Assembly (NCBI GenBank): GCA_963845355.1
Contig: CAWJRV010000005.1
Coordinates: 80,495-144,494 of the forward strand
DNA from: an uncultured Actinomycetes bacterium
GTDB lineage: Bacteria; Actinomycetota; Thermoleophilia; UBA2241
Length of the DNA: 64,000 bases
Direction: 5' to 3'
Position 1 is the stretch's first letter, and each line of letters begins with the position of its first letter. The notes beneath the pieces were generated by a model. The model searched no databases, was not told the DNA's origin, and saw only the letters and a program-made list of their open reading frames with translations. This document shows positions 32,035 through 42,704 of the stretch, piece by piece. Made by a program: the position numbers and the translations under genes.

Positions 32035-32778
32035 TCAGGCGGCGCGGCGCTGCGAAAGCGAGCGGTTGGCAGAAAGGTGTTCCAGACGTGCCACGTCGGC
32101 GCTGCGCCGGGCGCCGCCGGACGGCGTGGGGATCGCGACGGCCAGCGCTGTCACGGCGATGAAGAGCGCGCAGATCACCGCGATGCCCAGGGCGACCGAT
32201 GCGGCCGAGACGGTCGTGGCCGCTCGACCCAGGCCCAGAGCGGGGCCGCCGGCGCGAGTCCTGCCACCCGTGACGGCGGTGTGGCGTCGGATCGCTGCGA
32301 GATGCTCGGCCACGGCCTGGTCCATGGCGCCGCGCCCGATCATCGCGTGCCGCGTGCTCGCCGCGACCAGTGAGGTCGCGGCGATCCGCCGGAGAGCGCC
32401 GAGATGGCGGATCGCGGCGAGGCTGCGAGTCCCTCTGCCCGCGGCGACGGTGCGACTCGCGGGCCCCGATACTGTCGCGGGCGCGGCGACGGTCGCCGAT
32501 GCGAGCGACGCGGGCCCCGATACTGTCGCGGGCGCAGGGTGGGTAGCGGCGTGGTCGCGAGCGATGAGCCTGCCGCCGGCGACGGCGTTCACGCGACCGT
32601 GGGCGCCGGGGTGATAGCCGGTGGTCCGCACGGCCGGCGCGACCGCCAACGTCACCGCCACGAACAGGCCGATGGCGATGACCAGGGCGACACTGCCGAT
32701 GTGACGCGCCGCGATCGGCCGTGCGCGGTGGGCGATGTGCGGCGAGCCGAAGGTCATCTTGAGGGGTGTCATGCTCAT
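32035..32778 (-). CDS. Hypothetical two-TM membrane protein with internal 48-bp-spaced repeat
   Basis: Hydrophobic helices near both ends. Direct DNA repeat gggccccgatactgtcgcgggcgc at 32462 and 32510. Chosen over the overlapping + ORF because the terminator hairpin lies inside that + ORF. Confidence 0.35.
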   Translation of the reverse strand: MSMTPLKMTFGSPHIAHRARPIAARHIGSVALVIAIGLFVAVTLAVAPAVRTTGYHPGAHGRVNAVAGGRLIARDHAATHPAPATVSGPASLASATVAAPATVSGPASRTVAAGRGTRSLAAIRHLGALRRIAATSLVAASTRHAMIGRGAMDQAVAEHLAAIRRHTAVTGGRTRAGGPALGLGRAATTVSAASVALGIAVICALFIAVTALAVAIPTPSGGARRSADVARLEHLSANRSLSQRRAA

Positions 32779-33106
32779 GGTGACTCCTCCATGTCGTGGG
32801 GGCGGATCCGCGTTCGTCGCGCGGTGGCCTTTTGCCGTCGCAAGGAGGCTAGTCCGGCAACGGCGACCGGTCGTCACTCACTGCGGGTGATTGGCCACTC
32901 GGCGTGATCGCCGCGCGCCGGCCGGACCTCACCCTTTGGACGGGGACGGCAAAGGCGGCTCACCGTCCCTGCACCCAAACGGTCGGCCAACGCTCTACCG
33001 ATGGTCCGAGTCGTGCGAGACTGGCGAGGAACCACGAAGACACCGTTGTGAGTGTGGCAAAGGCCTAGTACGCTAGATCGGCAAGGCAACGGCGTCGCGG
33101 GGAGCC

Positions 33107-35409
33107 ATGAAGCACGAATATGGCCATGAGACGAGCGCGGCGGAGCTGCGTGCGGGCGTGGTACCGGCTCCGACCGACACGTCGCGCGCGTCGCGGCGCG
33201 ACGCCGTCCCGACCTCGCTTCTACCCTCAAAGCTGGACTCGCCGAAGTTCCGTCTTGGGCTCGTGCCTCGGCGCGTGCTGGTCGACTCGCTCTGTCGTTC
33301 CGCCGCTCCCCTGGTGGTGCTGTCGGCCGCCGCCGGGTCCGGCAAGACAGCCGCCCTGCTCGAGTGGGTCGCCGCCGAGCGCCGGCCCGTCGCGTGGTTG
33401 CGTCTCGACGCGGCCGACAACGACCCGGTTGTGCTGCTCGTCGGCCTCACGGCGGCGCTCCAGCGTGTGACTCCACTCGACCCCGCGACGGGCGAGTGGC
33501 TGCGCGTGGCGGTGCCGCCGGTCTGGGAGCGGGTCGTGCCGGCTCTGGCGCGCCGCCGTCGCCGCCGCGCCGCCGTTCTTGCTGGTCTTAGACGATGCCC
33601 AGCAGCTCACGAACCCCGACTGCTGGCGGATGGTCGCCACGCTGCTCGACTGCCTGTCGCAGGGCAGTCAGGTCGCCGTCGTCCACGCGCGTCGACCCGC
33701 CGCTGCCGCTGGCGCGCCTGCGGGCGGCGGGGGCGCTGCCGTCGTGGGCGGGGAAGATCTGGCATTCGACCGCACCGAGGCCGAGCAGCTGATGGAAATG
33801 CTCGACGTGTCGTCTGCCATGGACGACCTCGACGCCGTGCTGCATGCGACCGAGGGCTGGGCGACGGGACTCTCGCTGGCGGCTCGGCCGTGCCCAGCCT
33901 TCCGGCCGACGAACGGGCGGCGGCGGTGCGCGGCGACCTGCGCGAGATCGCCGGCTATCTGCTCGGCGAGGTGTTCTCGAGGTCAGTCGCCCGACACCCA
34001 GGAGTTCCTCTTGCAGACGTCGGTGCTCGAGCGCCTCTCGGCGCCGCTGTGTCACGCCGTCACCGGACGCCGCGACGCCGCAGGCCGTGCTGGCCCGCCT
34101 CGCCGATGAGCACCTCTTCGTCACCGCCGAAGACGACAGCGACAGTGGTTTCGCTACCACCAGCTCTTCGGCGAGTTCCTGCGTGCCGAGCTCGCGCGGC
34201 GCGAACCCGACGCAGGCGCCGCGCTGCGCCGGAAAGCCGGCGAGTGGTACCTGGAGAAGGGCGACGTGCCCGCGGCATCGTCCATCTTCTCGGGCCGGCG
34301 ACGACGAGCGCGCCGCCGAGATCGCGGCGACGCTGGACGCGCTACTGGGCGAGCGGTCAATGCGAGACGGTGCGCCGCATGCTGCAGACGCTTCAGCCGA
34401 CGAACAGATCCAGGGAGCCGTGCGCCCTGACCCTGACGGCGGGCTGGGTGTATTCGGCGATCGGCGACCGCGAGCGGCGCGGCGCTGGACGGCCGTGCCG
34501 CCTGCCGCGTCGCGGGTCGACGACTCGCCGTCGCCTGACGGCGCCGTGTCGCTGCGCTCCTCGCAGGCCCTGCTGCGCGCCGCCGCTGGCGCCCGACGGC
34601 GTGCCGCCATGCGCAGCGACGCGGAGCTTGCCGCTCAGCTCGAGAACCGCTCCGGCTCGAACTGGTATGCCGAGGCCCAGTTCGATCTGGGCTGTGCCCT
34701 CTGGCTGACCGGCGTCGAGACGCGCGCCGAGCGCCACCTCGCAGGTCGCCGCCCGCGAAGGGGGCGGCGTGAACTCGGCATCGAGATCGCCGCGCTCGGC
34801 TTTCTCGGCGCTGATGGCCGCCGAGCAGGGCGAGTGGGAGAGGCGCGCCTGCACGAACGCCGCGCGGCCGACGAGCGCCTCGCGGAACTCGGCCTCGTGA
34901 GCCACCGCCGCGCGCTGCCGCTCCTGCTCGCTCAGGCGCGGCTGCTGGCGCGCGCCGGCGACCCGGGTCTGGCGCGCACGTGGCCTGGGATCGCCGCGAC
35001 CTCGACGACATGGTGCCGATCCCCTGGCTGACCGTGCTCGCCGGCGTGGTCGTCGGCGAATGCCTCTCGAGGCCGGCGACGTCGAGGTGGCCGATGCCTG
35101 GGGTCGGCGGGCCCTCGGCGCGCGCTCACCGAGGGCGGCGACGTCGGCGTGCTCGAGGCCAGGACCCAGCGTCTGCGCCTCGGGCTCAAGGGCCGCCGCG
35201 TCCGAAGCCGATCACGCCGGCCGAGCTGCGCGTGCTCGAGCTGCTGCCGACGCACCTGTCGTCGGGCCAGATGGCCGAACAGCTCTGCGTGTCGACCAAC
35301 ACCGTCAAGACCCACGCAAGAGCCTCTATCGCAAGCTCGGCGTCGGCTCGCGGGCCGAGGCGGTCGAGGAGGCCCGCGCTCTGGGGTCTGCTCGCGGGGC
35401 CGTGACGTG
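33107..35409 (+). pseudogene. MalT-type large ATP-binding LuxR-family regulator, broken by multiple frameshifts
   Basis: N-terminal P-loop VLSAAAGSGKTAALLEWV. Helical middle region spread over three frames. C-terminal LuxR HTH ELRVLELLPTHLSSGQMAEQLCVSTNTVKTHAKSLYRKLGV, recovered only after a frame change. Confidence 0.7.
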
Positions 35410-35529
35410 ATCGTACTCACGGCCACCGCGCCTCACGGCGCTCACGCAAGCCGCCCTCGACCCGCCCGGCGATACGGTGGGCCGCTGAGTGGGCATACCG
35501 CGTAGTAAGGTCGTAGTTGCCGGCTTTGC

Positions 35530-36267
35530 GTGAGCGGCGTGCGACCGGTCGACGAGACGGGACCGGGGGGATTCCAAAGCGGAGGAGGCGGGGATGACGA
35601 AACGCTGCGGCAGGCAGAGACGCCCGCGCACGACGAAGACGACGAGGGCATCGTCGTCGTTCAGGAAGAAGTCGCGGTCAGCAGGCGCGAAGCGCACCGG
35701 ATGGACCGCGAGGCGGGCTGGGCGGCGCACAACTGGGGCTGGCTGCTCGCCTTCGGCGCGATCGCCATCGTGTTCGGCGTGATCGTGCTCAGCGACGCCT
35801 TCGGCAGCCTCAGCTCCCTGGTGTGGCTCACCGGGCTCTTCCTGGTGTTCATGGGCGTAGCCCAGATCATCACGCTGGGCAGGGGCGGTTCGAGAGGCGC
35901 ACATCTGGGCGCCGCCGTGATCGCGCTCGTCGGCGGTATCGTCCTGCTGGCCTGGCCGGGAGAGACGCTCAAGGTCGTGGCTTTCGTCGCCGGCATCACC
36001 GTGCTGCTCTGGGGCGTCGTGCGCACGATGGCGGCTTTCAGAGGGCCGCTCGAGACGCGCGGTCACGACGCCGCCGTTGGCATCGCGCTGATCGTGCTCG
36101 GCCTTCTCATGATGGTCTGGCCCGGCGCGACCGTCACCCTCATCGGTGTCCTCGTGGGCCTCATCGGCATCGTCTGGGGCATCGTCATGGTGCTCGGCGC
36201 GTTTCGCCTGCGCAAGTCGGGGCGGCGCTGGCAGGAGATGCGCGCCAGGGCGCGCGAGGTGCGCTAG
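35530..36267 (+). CDS. HdeD-family (DUF308) membrane protein
   Basis: NWGWLLAFGAIAIVFGVIVL… plus repeated small-helix GxxxG-rich TM segments. The start is uncertain; the ATG at 35701 is an alternative. Confidence 0.55.
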   Translation: MSGVRPVDETGPGGFQSGGGGDDETLRQAETPAHDEDDEGIVVVQEEVAVSRREAHRMDREAGWAAHNWGWLLAFGAIAIVFGVIVLSDAFGSLSSLVWLTGLFLVFMGVAQIITLGRGGSRGAHLGAAVIALVGGIVLLAWPGETLKVVAFVAGITVLLWGVVRTMAAFRGPLETRGHDAAVGIALIVLGLLMMVWPGATVTLIGVLVGLIGIVWGIVMVLGAFRLRKSGRRWQEMRARAREVR

Positions 36268-36303
36268 GAGCGGACCGGTCGCACGGGCGTCGCTTGCAGG
36301 GCG

Positions 36304-36900
36304 TCAGGCCGAGCGGCCGAGCTCGCCCTTGAGGAAGTAGTCGAGGGCCGGTCCGGCCCAGGCGGCGATCGTCTCGTGGTCGGCGCTCGCCAGCGGTTCC
36401 TGGCAGAGCACGTATCGACTCAGGGCCAGGCCCAGCAGCTCCGAGACGGCCAGGCGCGCCCGCGGGCAGGCGTCGGTGGTCCGCGCGCCGGCGGCGTAGG
36501 GCGCGATCAGCGCAGCGATCGTGTGGGCCTCGATGGCGGCCGCCAGGCGACTGTCGGTGCCCGCGGCCGTGCAGAGGCAGCGCAGGATGACGGCGTTGTC
36601 GGCCGTCTCCCAGAACTGCAGGTAGCGAGTCACGATCTCGGCTCCCGACCACGCGAGCGCCGGCCGCTGCGGTATGCGCGGCGGCAGCGGGCGCAGGGCG
36701 GACAGGACGAGCTGCGCCTTCGTCGGATAGCAGCGCCGCACGTCGGCCGGCGCGACGCCTGCCAGGCGCGCGACGAAGGCGTAGGTCACCTGGTCGTACG
36801 GGCGCGCCCGCAGCGCGTCGGGCAGCACTCCACGACGGCCCGGCGAACCTCATCGTCGCTCGACTTGTCGATGACGTGTGATGTGTTCGTGTCGCTCGGC
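36304..36900 (-). pseudogene. TetR-family regulator with a probable N-terminal frameshift
   Basis: HTH LPDALRARPYDQVTYAFVARLAGVAPADVRRCYPTKAQLV begins at the very start of the ORF. The expected preceding helix (…DEVRRAVVE…) is encoded in another frame just upstream. Confidence 0.5.
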
Positions 36901-37219
36901 GTGTACGCGTCGCGCGCCACGAGGGCGACGCTCGGCACGAGGGCAACGCTCGGCGCGGCCGGCCTAAAAGTCGACACGGATCCAGCTCGACCAGCGCGCC
37001 AGGCGAGACTCGAGACGCTTGCCCACGCCGTTCACGCTCGGCGGGGCGCCGGCGGTCGCGGGCGTCGCAGCAGCCGTGACCGAGCGTCTGTACGCGGCCG
37101 CGTTCGGCGTCGGCGTGCCGCGCGCCTCGGAGGCTCCGGGGACAAGTTGTCGGCGGCGCTGCCGGCGCAGGTCGTGAGGGGTTCGTCGCGCAGGTCGGAC
37201 ACGGTATCCTCCTTGTCTT

Positions 37220-39475
37220 CTAGGAGCTCGAGCTGGTAGGGCTGGTCAGGTCGTAGACGGCGATCCCGCCGACCGTTTGCGAGGTGAAATGAGCCTCGAC
37301 CCACGTCGAGATGGCGCTCATCGAGGTGCTGCCGCTCGACGCCTGGCCGCCGGTTCCCGCAGGGCCCGTGGCGCTGGGCGCCGTGCCGTCGTTCGCGCCG
37401 CCGGTGGCGCGGACAACACCCGATCCGCTCGTGCCGCCGGCGATGAAGTAGTGCACCTTCCCGGCGCCGACCAGCGCCTCGAACTCGCGCCAGCGTCGGG
37501 TACGGGTCGCTGCCGTTGAAACCGCCGAGGCTCATGACCGGATCGTCGGTGGCGAGCTGATAGCCGGCCGCCGACTGGGCGCCCACGGTGGCCGCGACCC
37601 ACCTGAAGCGGCCGGCGTTCTGCTCGAGCAGGCGGACCAGCGCGGCGCTCGGGCGGCTCGCGTTGAGCAATCCTCCGGCGCCGCCGGCCGCGCCAAAGCC
37701 TGCGCTGCCGGCCGTGCCGACGCCTGCACCGCCCGGTCCACCGTTCGCCGTGCCCTGCGGCGCGCCGTTGAAGCTCGGCGGGGCGCCACCGGTGCCACCG
37801 GTGCCACCGGTGCCGTGCGAACCGCCGGCTGCGTTCGAACCGCTCGGCGCATTCGAGCCGCCGGCTCCGTTCGCACCACCCGGTGCGCCGCTGCCGAACG
37901 CCGTCACGCCTCGACCGCCGCCGGGGGCGAATCTGCCGTTGGCGCCGCCGGCCACCGTCGGTCCCGCGGAGGGCAGCGAGCCGGAATGAGCGGTCGCCGC
38001 CGTCTGCAGGGAGTACAGCGCGGGGCCCGCCATGGCGAGCACGCAGCCTGCGCCGGCGAGCGCCAGAGCTGTTCGCCTGCCCAGGCGGCCGCCGACGATG
38101 AGCAGGGCGGCCGTCGCGAGGCCGCCCACCAGGACCACCGGACGCAGCCATGGGTGCCAGGTCGGCGAGCGGTCGAGCAGGACGAACGACCAGAAGGCGG
38201 TCGCGGCGATGATGCCGCGAAAGGCACAGTCGCCAGGCGATCTTCGAGCGCCGCGCCCAGAGCGCGGTCGCGCCGATGCCGACGAGCGCGCCGATCGCCG
38301 GCGCCAGGGCGACCGCGTAGTACTCGTGGATGATGCCCTGCGCGAAGCTGAAGACGACCGCGGTGACGAGCAGCGCAGCCGCCCCACAGCAGCACGGCGG
38401 CGCGGGTGCGGTCGGTGCGCGGCGCGCGGCAGCGTGAGCCACGAGCAGCGCGACGCCGAACGACGAGCGCGGCCGGCAGCAGCCAGGCGATCTGGCCGCC
38501 CCAGCTCGACGTGAACAGGCGGTCCCAGCCGGTCGCTGCCCCAGGCTGCCGGCCTGGCCGCGCGCCGCCGGGCACGACGCTGCCGGTCTCGTTGCCGGTG
38601 AGGCGGCCCGAAGCCGTTGTAGCCGAAGATCAGCTCGAGGACGCTGTTGGTCTGCGAGCCGCCGATGTAGGGGCGGCTCGCGGCCGGCCAGAGCTGCACG
38701 ATGGCGACCCACCAGCCGGCCGAGACGAGCAGGGCGACGGCCGGCCAGCGCGAGCTGCCGACAGCCGGCGCAGCGGGCTCGTCGGCGCGGCGATGCAGGT
38801 AGACGAGCGCGAAGGCCGGCACGACGAGGAACGCCTGCAGCATCTTGGTGATGAAGCCGAAGCCGACGAGCGACGCCGGCCAGCACGAGCCAGCGGCCGC
38901 CGGCCGTTCTCGAGCGCGCGGGTCGACGGCGTAGGCGCCGAGCGTGAGCAGCAGGACGAGCAGAGCGTCGGGGTTGTTGAAGCGGAACATCAGCGTCGCC
39001 ACCGGCGTGAGCGCGAGCACGAGCGCCGGCGAGCAGGCCGGCGGCCGGGCCGAACCAGCGCCGCACCGCGACGTAGAGCACGCCGACCGTGGCGACGCCC
39101 TCGAGCGCCTGCGGCACGAGGATGCTCCACGAGTTGACGCCGAAGATGCGCGCCGAGATCTCCATGACCCACAGCGACGGCCGGCGGCTTGTCGACGGTG
39201 ATGAAGTTGGCGGCGTCGGAGGAGCCGAAGAAGAACGCCTTCCAGCTCTGCGGTGCCGGCCTGCACGGCCGCCGAGTAGAAGGCGTTGGCCCAGCCGGAC
39301 CGGCCGAGACCGACAGGTAGAGCAGGGCGGTGCCGACCAGCAGAGCAAGCAGCGCCGGCCGCGCCCAGGCCGGATCTTCGGGCCGGCCGCGCCACAGGCT
39401 GCGCCACAGCCGGCGCAGGCGTGACGGGCGGCCCGCGCCGGCCGTGCGCGGTGGCGTTGCGGCGGCGCGGGTCAC
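37220..39475 (-). pseudogene. GT39/PMT-like (ArnT-type) membrane glycosyltransferase with Gly/Ala-rich C-terminal region, at least six frameshifts
   Basis: Pieces in two or three frames: SGWANAFYSAAVQAGT-QSWKAFFFGSSDAANFITVDKPPA-SLWVMEISARIFGVNSWSILVPQALEGVATVGVLYVAVRRWFGP… C-terminal …FRWVAATVGAQSAAGYQLATDDPVMSLGGFNGSDPYPTLA…VHYFIAGG. Confidence 0.7.
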
Positions 39476-39529
39476 GCTCCGCCCTGGGCGGGTCGGCGAA
39501 GGTATCGTCGGTCGTGGTCACGGGTGTGG

Positions 39530-40961
39530 TCACAGGTCCTCCTGCTCGAAACGTGGGGAACGGCGCGGAAACAGCCAGACGCGAAACAGCGCGAAGCGCA
39601 GCAGCGTCGCCGTCACGTTGGCGCGCACCAGCACGGCGAGCTCGAGCGCGCGCGCCGCGGCGGGTCTGAGCGCTGCAGGATGAACAGGCTGCCGCTGGTC
39701 ACCGCGAGGCCAAGGGCGAACACGACGAGGCCCTGGCCCTGGTGTCGCAGCCGCCTCGCCGGGCCGCGCACGCCGAACGTGAGGCGCCGGTTCGCGGCGG
39801 TGTTGGCGATCGCCGTCACGAGCAGCGCCAGGGCGTTGGCCCACTGGGCCGGACATGATCTCGCGCGCCAGCAGGTAGAGCGAGCAGGTAGGCCAGCGTG
39901 CTGACCACCCCGATCAAGCCGAATCGCAGGAGCTGACCGGCCAGCTTCGCCGGCGCTGCTCCGCCGGCGCCGGAGCGCCAGTCGCGCGGGTCGCGCGGGT
40001 CGCGCGGGGCCGGCAAGGCCAGCTTGCCGCTCCTGAGCGTACGACTGAGCCGGGCGATGCCCTTGAGGTCGGCCACCGCCGTCGCGACGATGTCGACGCG
40101 CGAGTCGGGGTCGTCGACCCAGTCGACCGGGACCTCGTGGATGCGCAGGCCGGCGCGCTCGGCCAGCACCAGCAGCTCGGTGTCGAAGAACCAGCCGGTG
40201 TCCTCGACCAGAGGCAGGAGCTCCGCGCGCCCGGTCGGCGCGGATCGCCTTGAAGCCGCACTGAGCGTCGGAGAAGCGGGCGCCGAGCGCCGCATGCACG
40301 AGCAGGTTGTAGCAGCGTGAGATCGAACTCGCGCTTGGCGCCGCGCACCACGAACGACGTGCGTGAGAGCCGCGTGCCGATGGCGAGGTCGGAGTGTCCC
40401 GAAAGCAGCGGCGCGACCAGGGGTAAGCAGGGCGGCCAGGTCGGTCGAGAGGTCGACGTCCATGTAGGCGAGCACGGCGGCGTCGCTTGCCGCCCACACG
40501 GTATGCAACGCTCGTCCGCGGCCCTTGGCGTCGAGATGGACGGCGCGCACGCCGGGCAGCGCATCGGCCAGTGACTGGGCGATGGGCCAGGTGCCGTCGG
40601 TGCTCGCGTTGTCGGCGATGGTGATGCGAAAGGTGAACGGCAGGTTCCGCGAGAGGTAGTCGTGCAAGCGAGTCACGCCTCGGGCCAGATCTCTCTCCTC
40701 GTTGAACACGGGCACCACCATGTCGACCGCCGGGGCCGGCGCCGACGCCGGCTTTGCCGCCGGAGCGTGGCCCTCGCCGCGAGGGGTGAGCGGCCGGGAG
40801 AGGAAGGCTGCCCCGGAACGTCGCGCGTCGCGGGGTGCCCTTGCCGTGTCGGGTGAGGATGCCGTCGTCATGGCAGTCAAGGTATCCGCCCGCCCTGAGG
40901 CCTCCCTGAAGCCCGGCTGGGAGGTTCCTGTGACGACGGCGGACTCCAACGGGGCTCTCAT
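39530..40961 (-). pseudogene. GT2 polyprenyl-phosphate-sugar synthase (Dpm1/Ppm1-like) fused to GtrA-like domain, frameshifted
   Basis: VVPVFNEERDL…ITIADNASTDGT…LDAKGRGRALHTVWAASDAAVLAYMDVDLSTDL…, with the continuation in another frame. GtrA-like C terminus LAGQLLRFGLIGVVSTLAYL…ANTAANRRLTF…, again in another frame. Confidence 0.65.
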
Positions 40962-41044
40962 TTGCCGCGCCCCGACCGCGACGACTACACTGATAGGCCG
41001 TCAAGGGCGAGAGCGGGTGCGAGAGCGCTCGGGTCCGCTTCTCG

Positions 41045-42610
41045 TTGCGGAACTGCTGGAGGGCTTACGTGAGACGCTGGAAGACGGCGCTGTCACCGAT
41101 CGTGCCGGCGCTGTGCCTCGCGAGTGTGCCAGCCCTGGCCGGCGCGGCCGGTGTCCCCCCGGCGTGGGCGAGCTCGCCGCTCGCCGTATCGACACTCGCC
41201 GCCTCGACTCCGACCTCTGCGGGTGTGGGCCTGCCGGTGCCGTCGCCGGGCTGGGTGCTGCCGGCGGGGTTCGTGCAGCCGGGCGGTCCCCTGCGGCCGA
41301 GCGGCGCCTTGCAGCCGGGCGGGGTAGCGCAGCCTCTCGGCCGGTCGTTGTCGCAGCGCGGCACGCGCAGCGAGTCGCCCAACTGGTCGGGCTACGACGT
41401 GACCGGCGGGCCGTTCACGAGCGTCACGGCGACCTGGACCCAGCCGCGCGTGCGGCCCAGCGCCGACTTCACCGATGCCGCCTTCTGGGTGGGGCTCGAC
41501 GGCGACAGCGCCGACCCTTCGGTCCCTTCGCAGACCGTCGAGCAGATCGGGACCGAAGGCTACACGCTGCAGGGTGTGCACTACGACGCTTGGTATGAGA
41601 TGTATCCCGACTACGCCCACTACATCACCTTCGGTAAGGGCAAGGCCAAACACCTCATGGGCATCCGCCCCGGCGACGTCATCACGGCGAGCGTCACCTG
41701 GAACGGCACGTCCAGTTTCACGCTGTCGCTTGTCGACAAAACGACCGGCCGCTCGTTTTCGACCGTCCAGCCGATCGCCAAGGGTGCCCCCCAACCGGAG
41801 CGTTCGTCGGCCGAGGTGATCGCCGAGGCGCCCTCGCTGAGCGACGGCTCATTGCTCTCGGTAGCCAACTTCGGGCTGGTGCGGTTTCGTGGCTGCGCCT
41901 TCGACGACCAGCCGATCGGAGCGTTCGACTGGTCTCGCATCGACATGGTCTCCTGGGACTCTCACGCCACCGAGGTCGCTACCTCGGCGCTGAGTCCCGA
42001 CGGCACCGCCTTCGACGGTACCACCGATTTTCGGCGGCCGGTGACGACGGTCGCCCATACTCCTGCCTGGGTCAGCCAACCCGTGACGCTGCGTTTCAAG
42101 GCCTCCGACAACCCGGGCGGCACAGGCGTCGCCTACACCCAGTACTCACTCGACGGCCAGGCGACCTGGACGAACGGCACGTCGGTCACACTGCCGGCCC
42201 CAGGCGACCATTCCGCCGACGGCCCGGCGACGGTCTGGTACCGTTCAGCCGACAAGGCCGGCAACCTCGAAAGGGCGCACCGTTACGTCGTGCACATCGA
42301 CACCCGCAGGCCCACGGCGGTGGCGCAGTGGCCGGCAGCCACGACGCGCGGCGGCCGGGCGCTTCTGCGCTACTTCGTCGGCGATCCCCGGCCGGGCAGC
42401 CCGACGGCTACCGTGACGATCAGGATCCGCGCCAAGGGCGGAGCCCTCGTGAAGAAGATCGTGCTGGCCGGCAGGCCGGTCGACACAAGTCTCTCCTGCG
42501 GGTTCGCCTGCTCGTTCGCCAGGGGCGTCTACCGGGTCGTCGTGTCGGCCACCGACACCGCCGGCAACCCTTCGACGGCGTCGGCGACCACCACGCTGAC
42601 CGTGCGCTGA
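41045..42610 (+). CDS. Secreted peptidase-G1 (glutamic peptidase/eqolisin)-like protein with Ig-like plus DPRPGSPTATVTI C-terminal module (intact)
   Basis: Signal peptide. SPNWSGYDVTGGPFTSVTATWTQP, AAFWVGLDGDS, VEQIGTEGY, YDAWYEMYP. Then GVAYTQYSLDGQATWTNG…DHSADGPATVWYRSADKAGNLE…IDTRRP, and DPRPGSPTATVTIRIRAKGGALVKKIVL…GVYRVVVSATDTAGN. Confidence 0.75.
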   Translation: MRNCWRAYVRRWKTALSPIVPALCLASVPALAGAAGVPPAWASSPLAVSTLAASTPTSAGVGLPVPSPGWVLPAGFVQPGGPLRPSGALQPGGVAQPLGRSLSQRGTRSESPNWSGYDVTGGPFTSVTATWTQPRVRPSADFTDAAFWVGLDGDSADPSVPSQTVEQIGTEGYTLQGVHYDAWYEMYPDYAHYITFGKGKAKHLMGIRPGDVITASVTWNGTSSFTLSLVDKTTGRSFSTVQPIAKGAPQPERSSAEVIAEAPSLSDGSLLSVANFGLVRFRGCAFDDQPIGAFDWSRIDMVSWDSHATEVATSALSPDGTAFDGTTDFRRPVTTVAHTPAWVSQPVTLRFKASDNPGGTGVAYTQYSLDGQATWTNGTSVTLPAPGDHSADGPATVWYRSADKAGNLERAHRYVVHIDTRRPTAVAQWPAATTRGGRALLRYFVGDPRPGSPTATVTIRIRAKGGALVKKIVLAGRPVDTSLSCGFACSFARGVYRVVVSATDTAGNPSTASATTTLTVR

Positions 42611-42704
42611 GAAGCGTCCGGCGCGAGCGCCTCCCTGACTTTCGTCGCGTCTGCGCCGAAGCCCGGCTCATGGGGAAAGACACGAGTGTGACCGCGTTGC
42701 CCGC

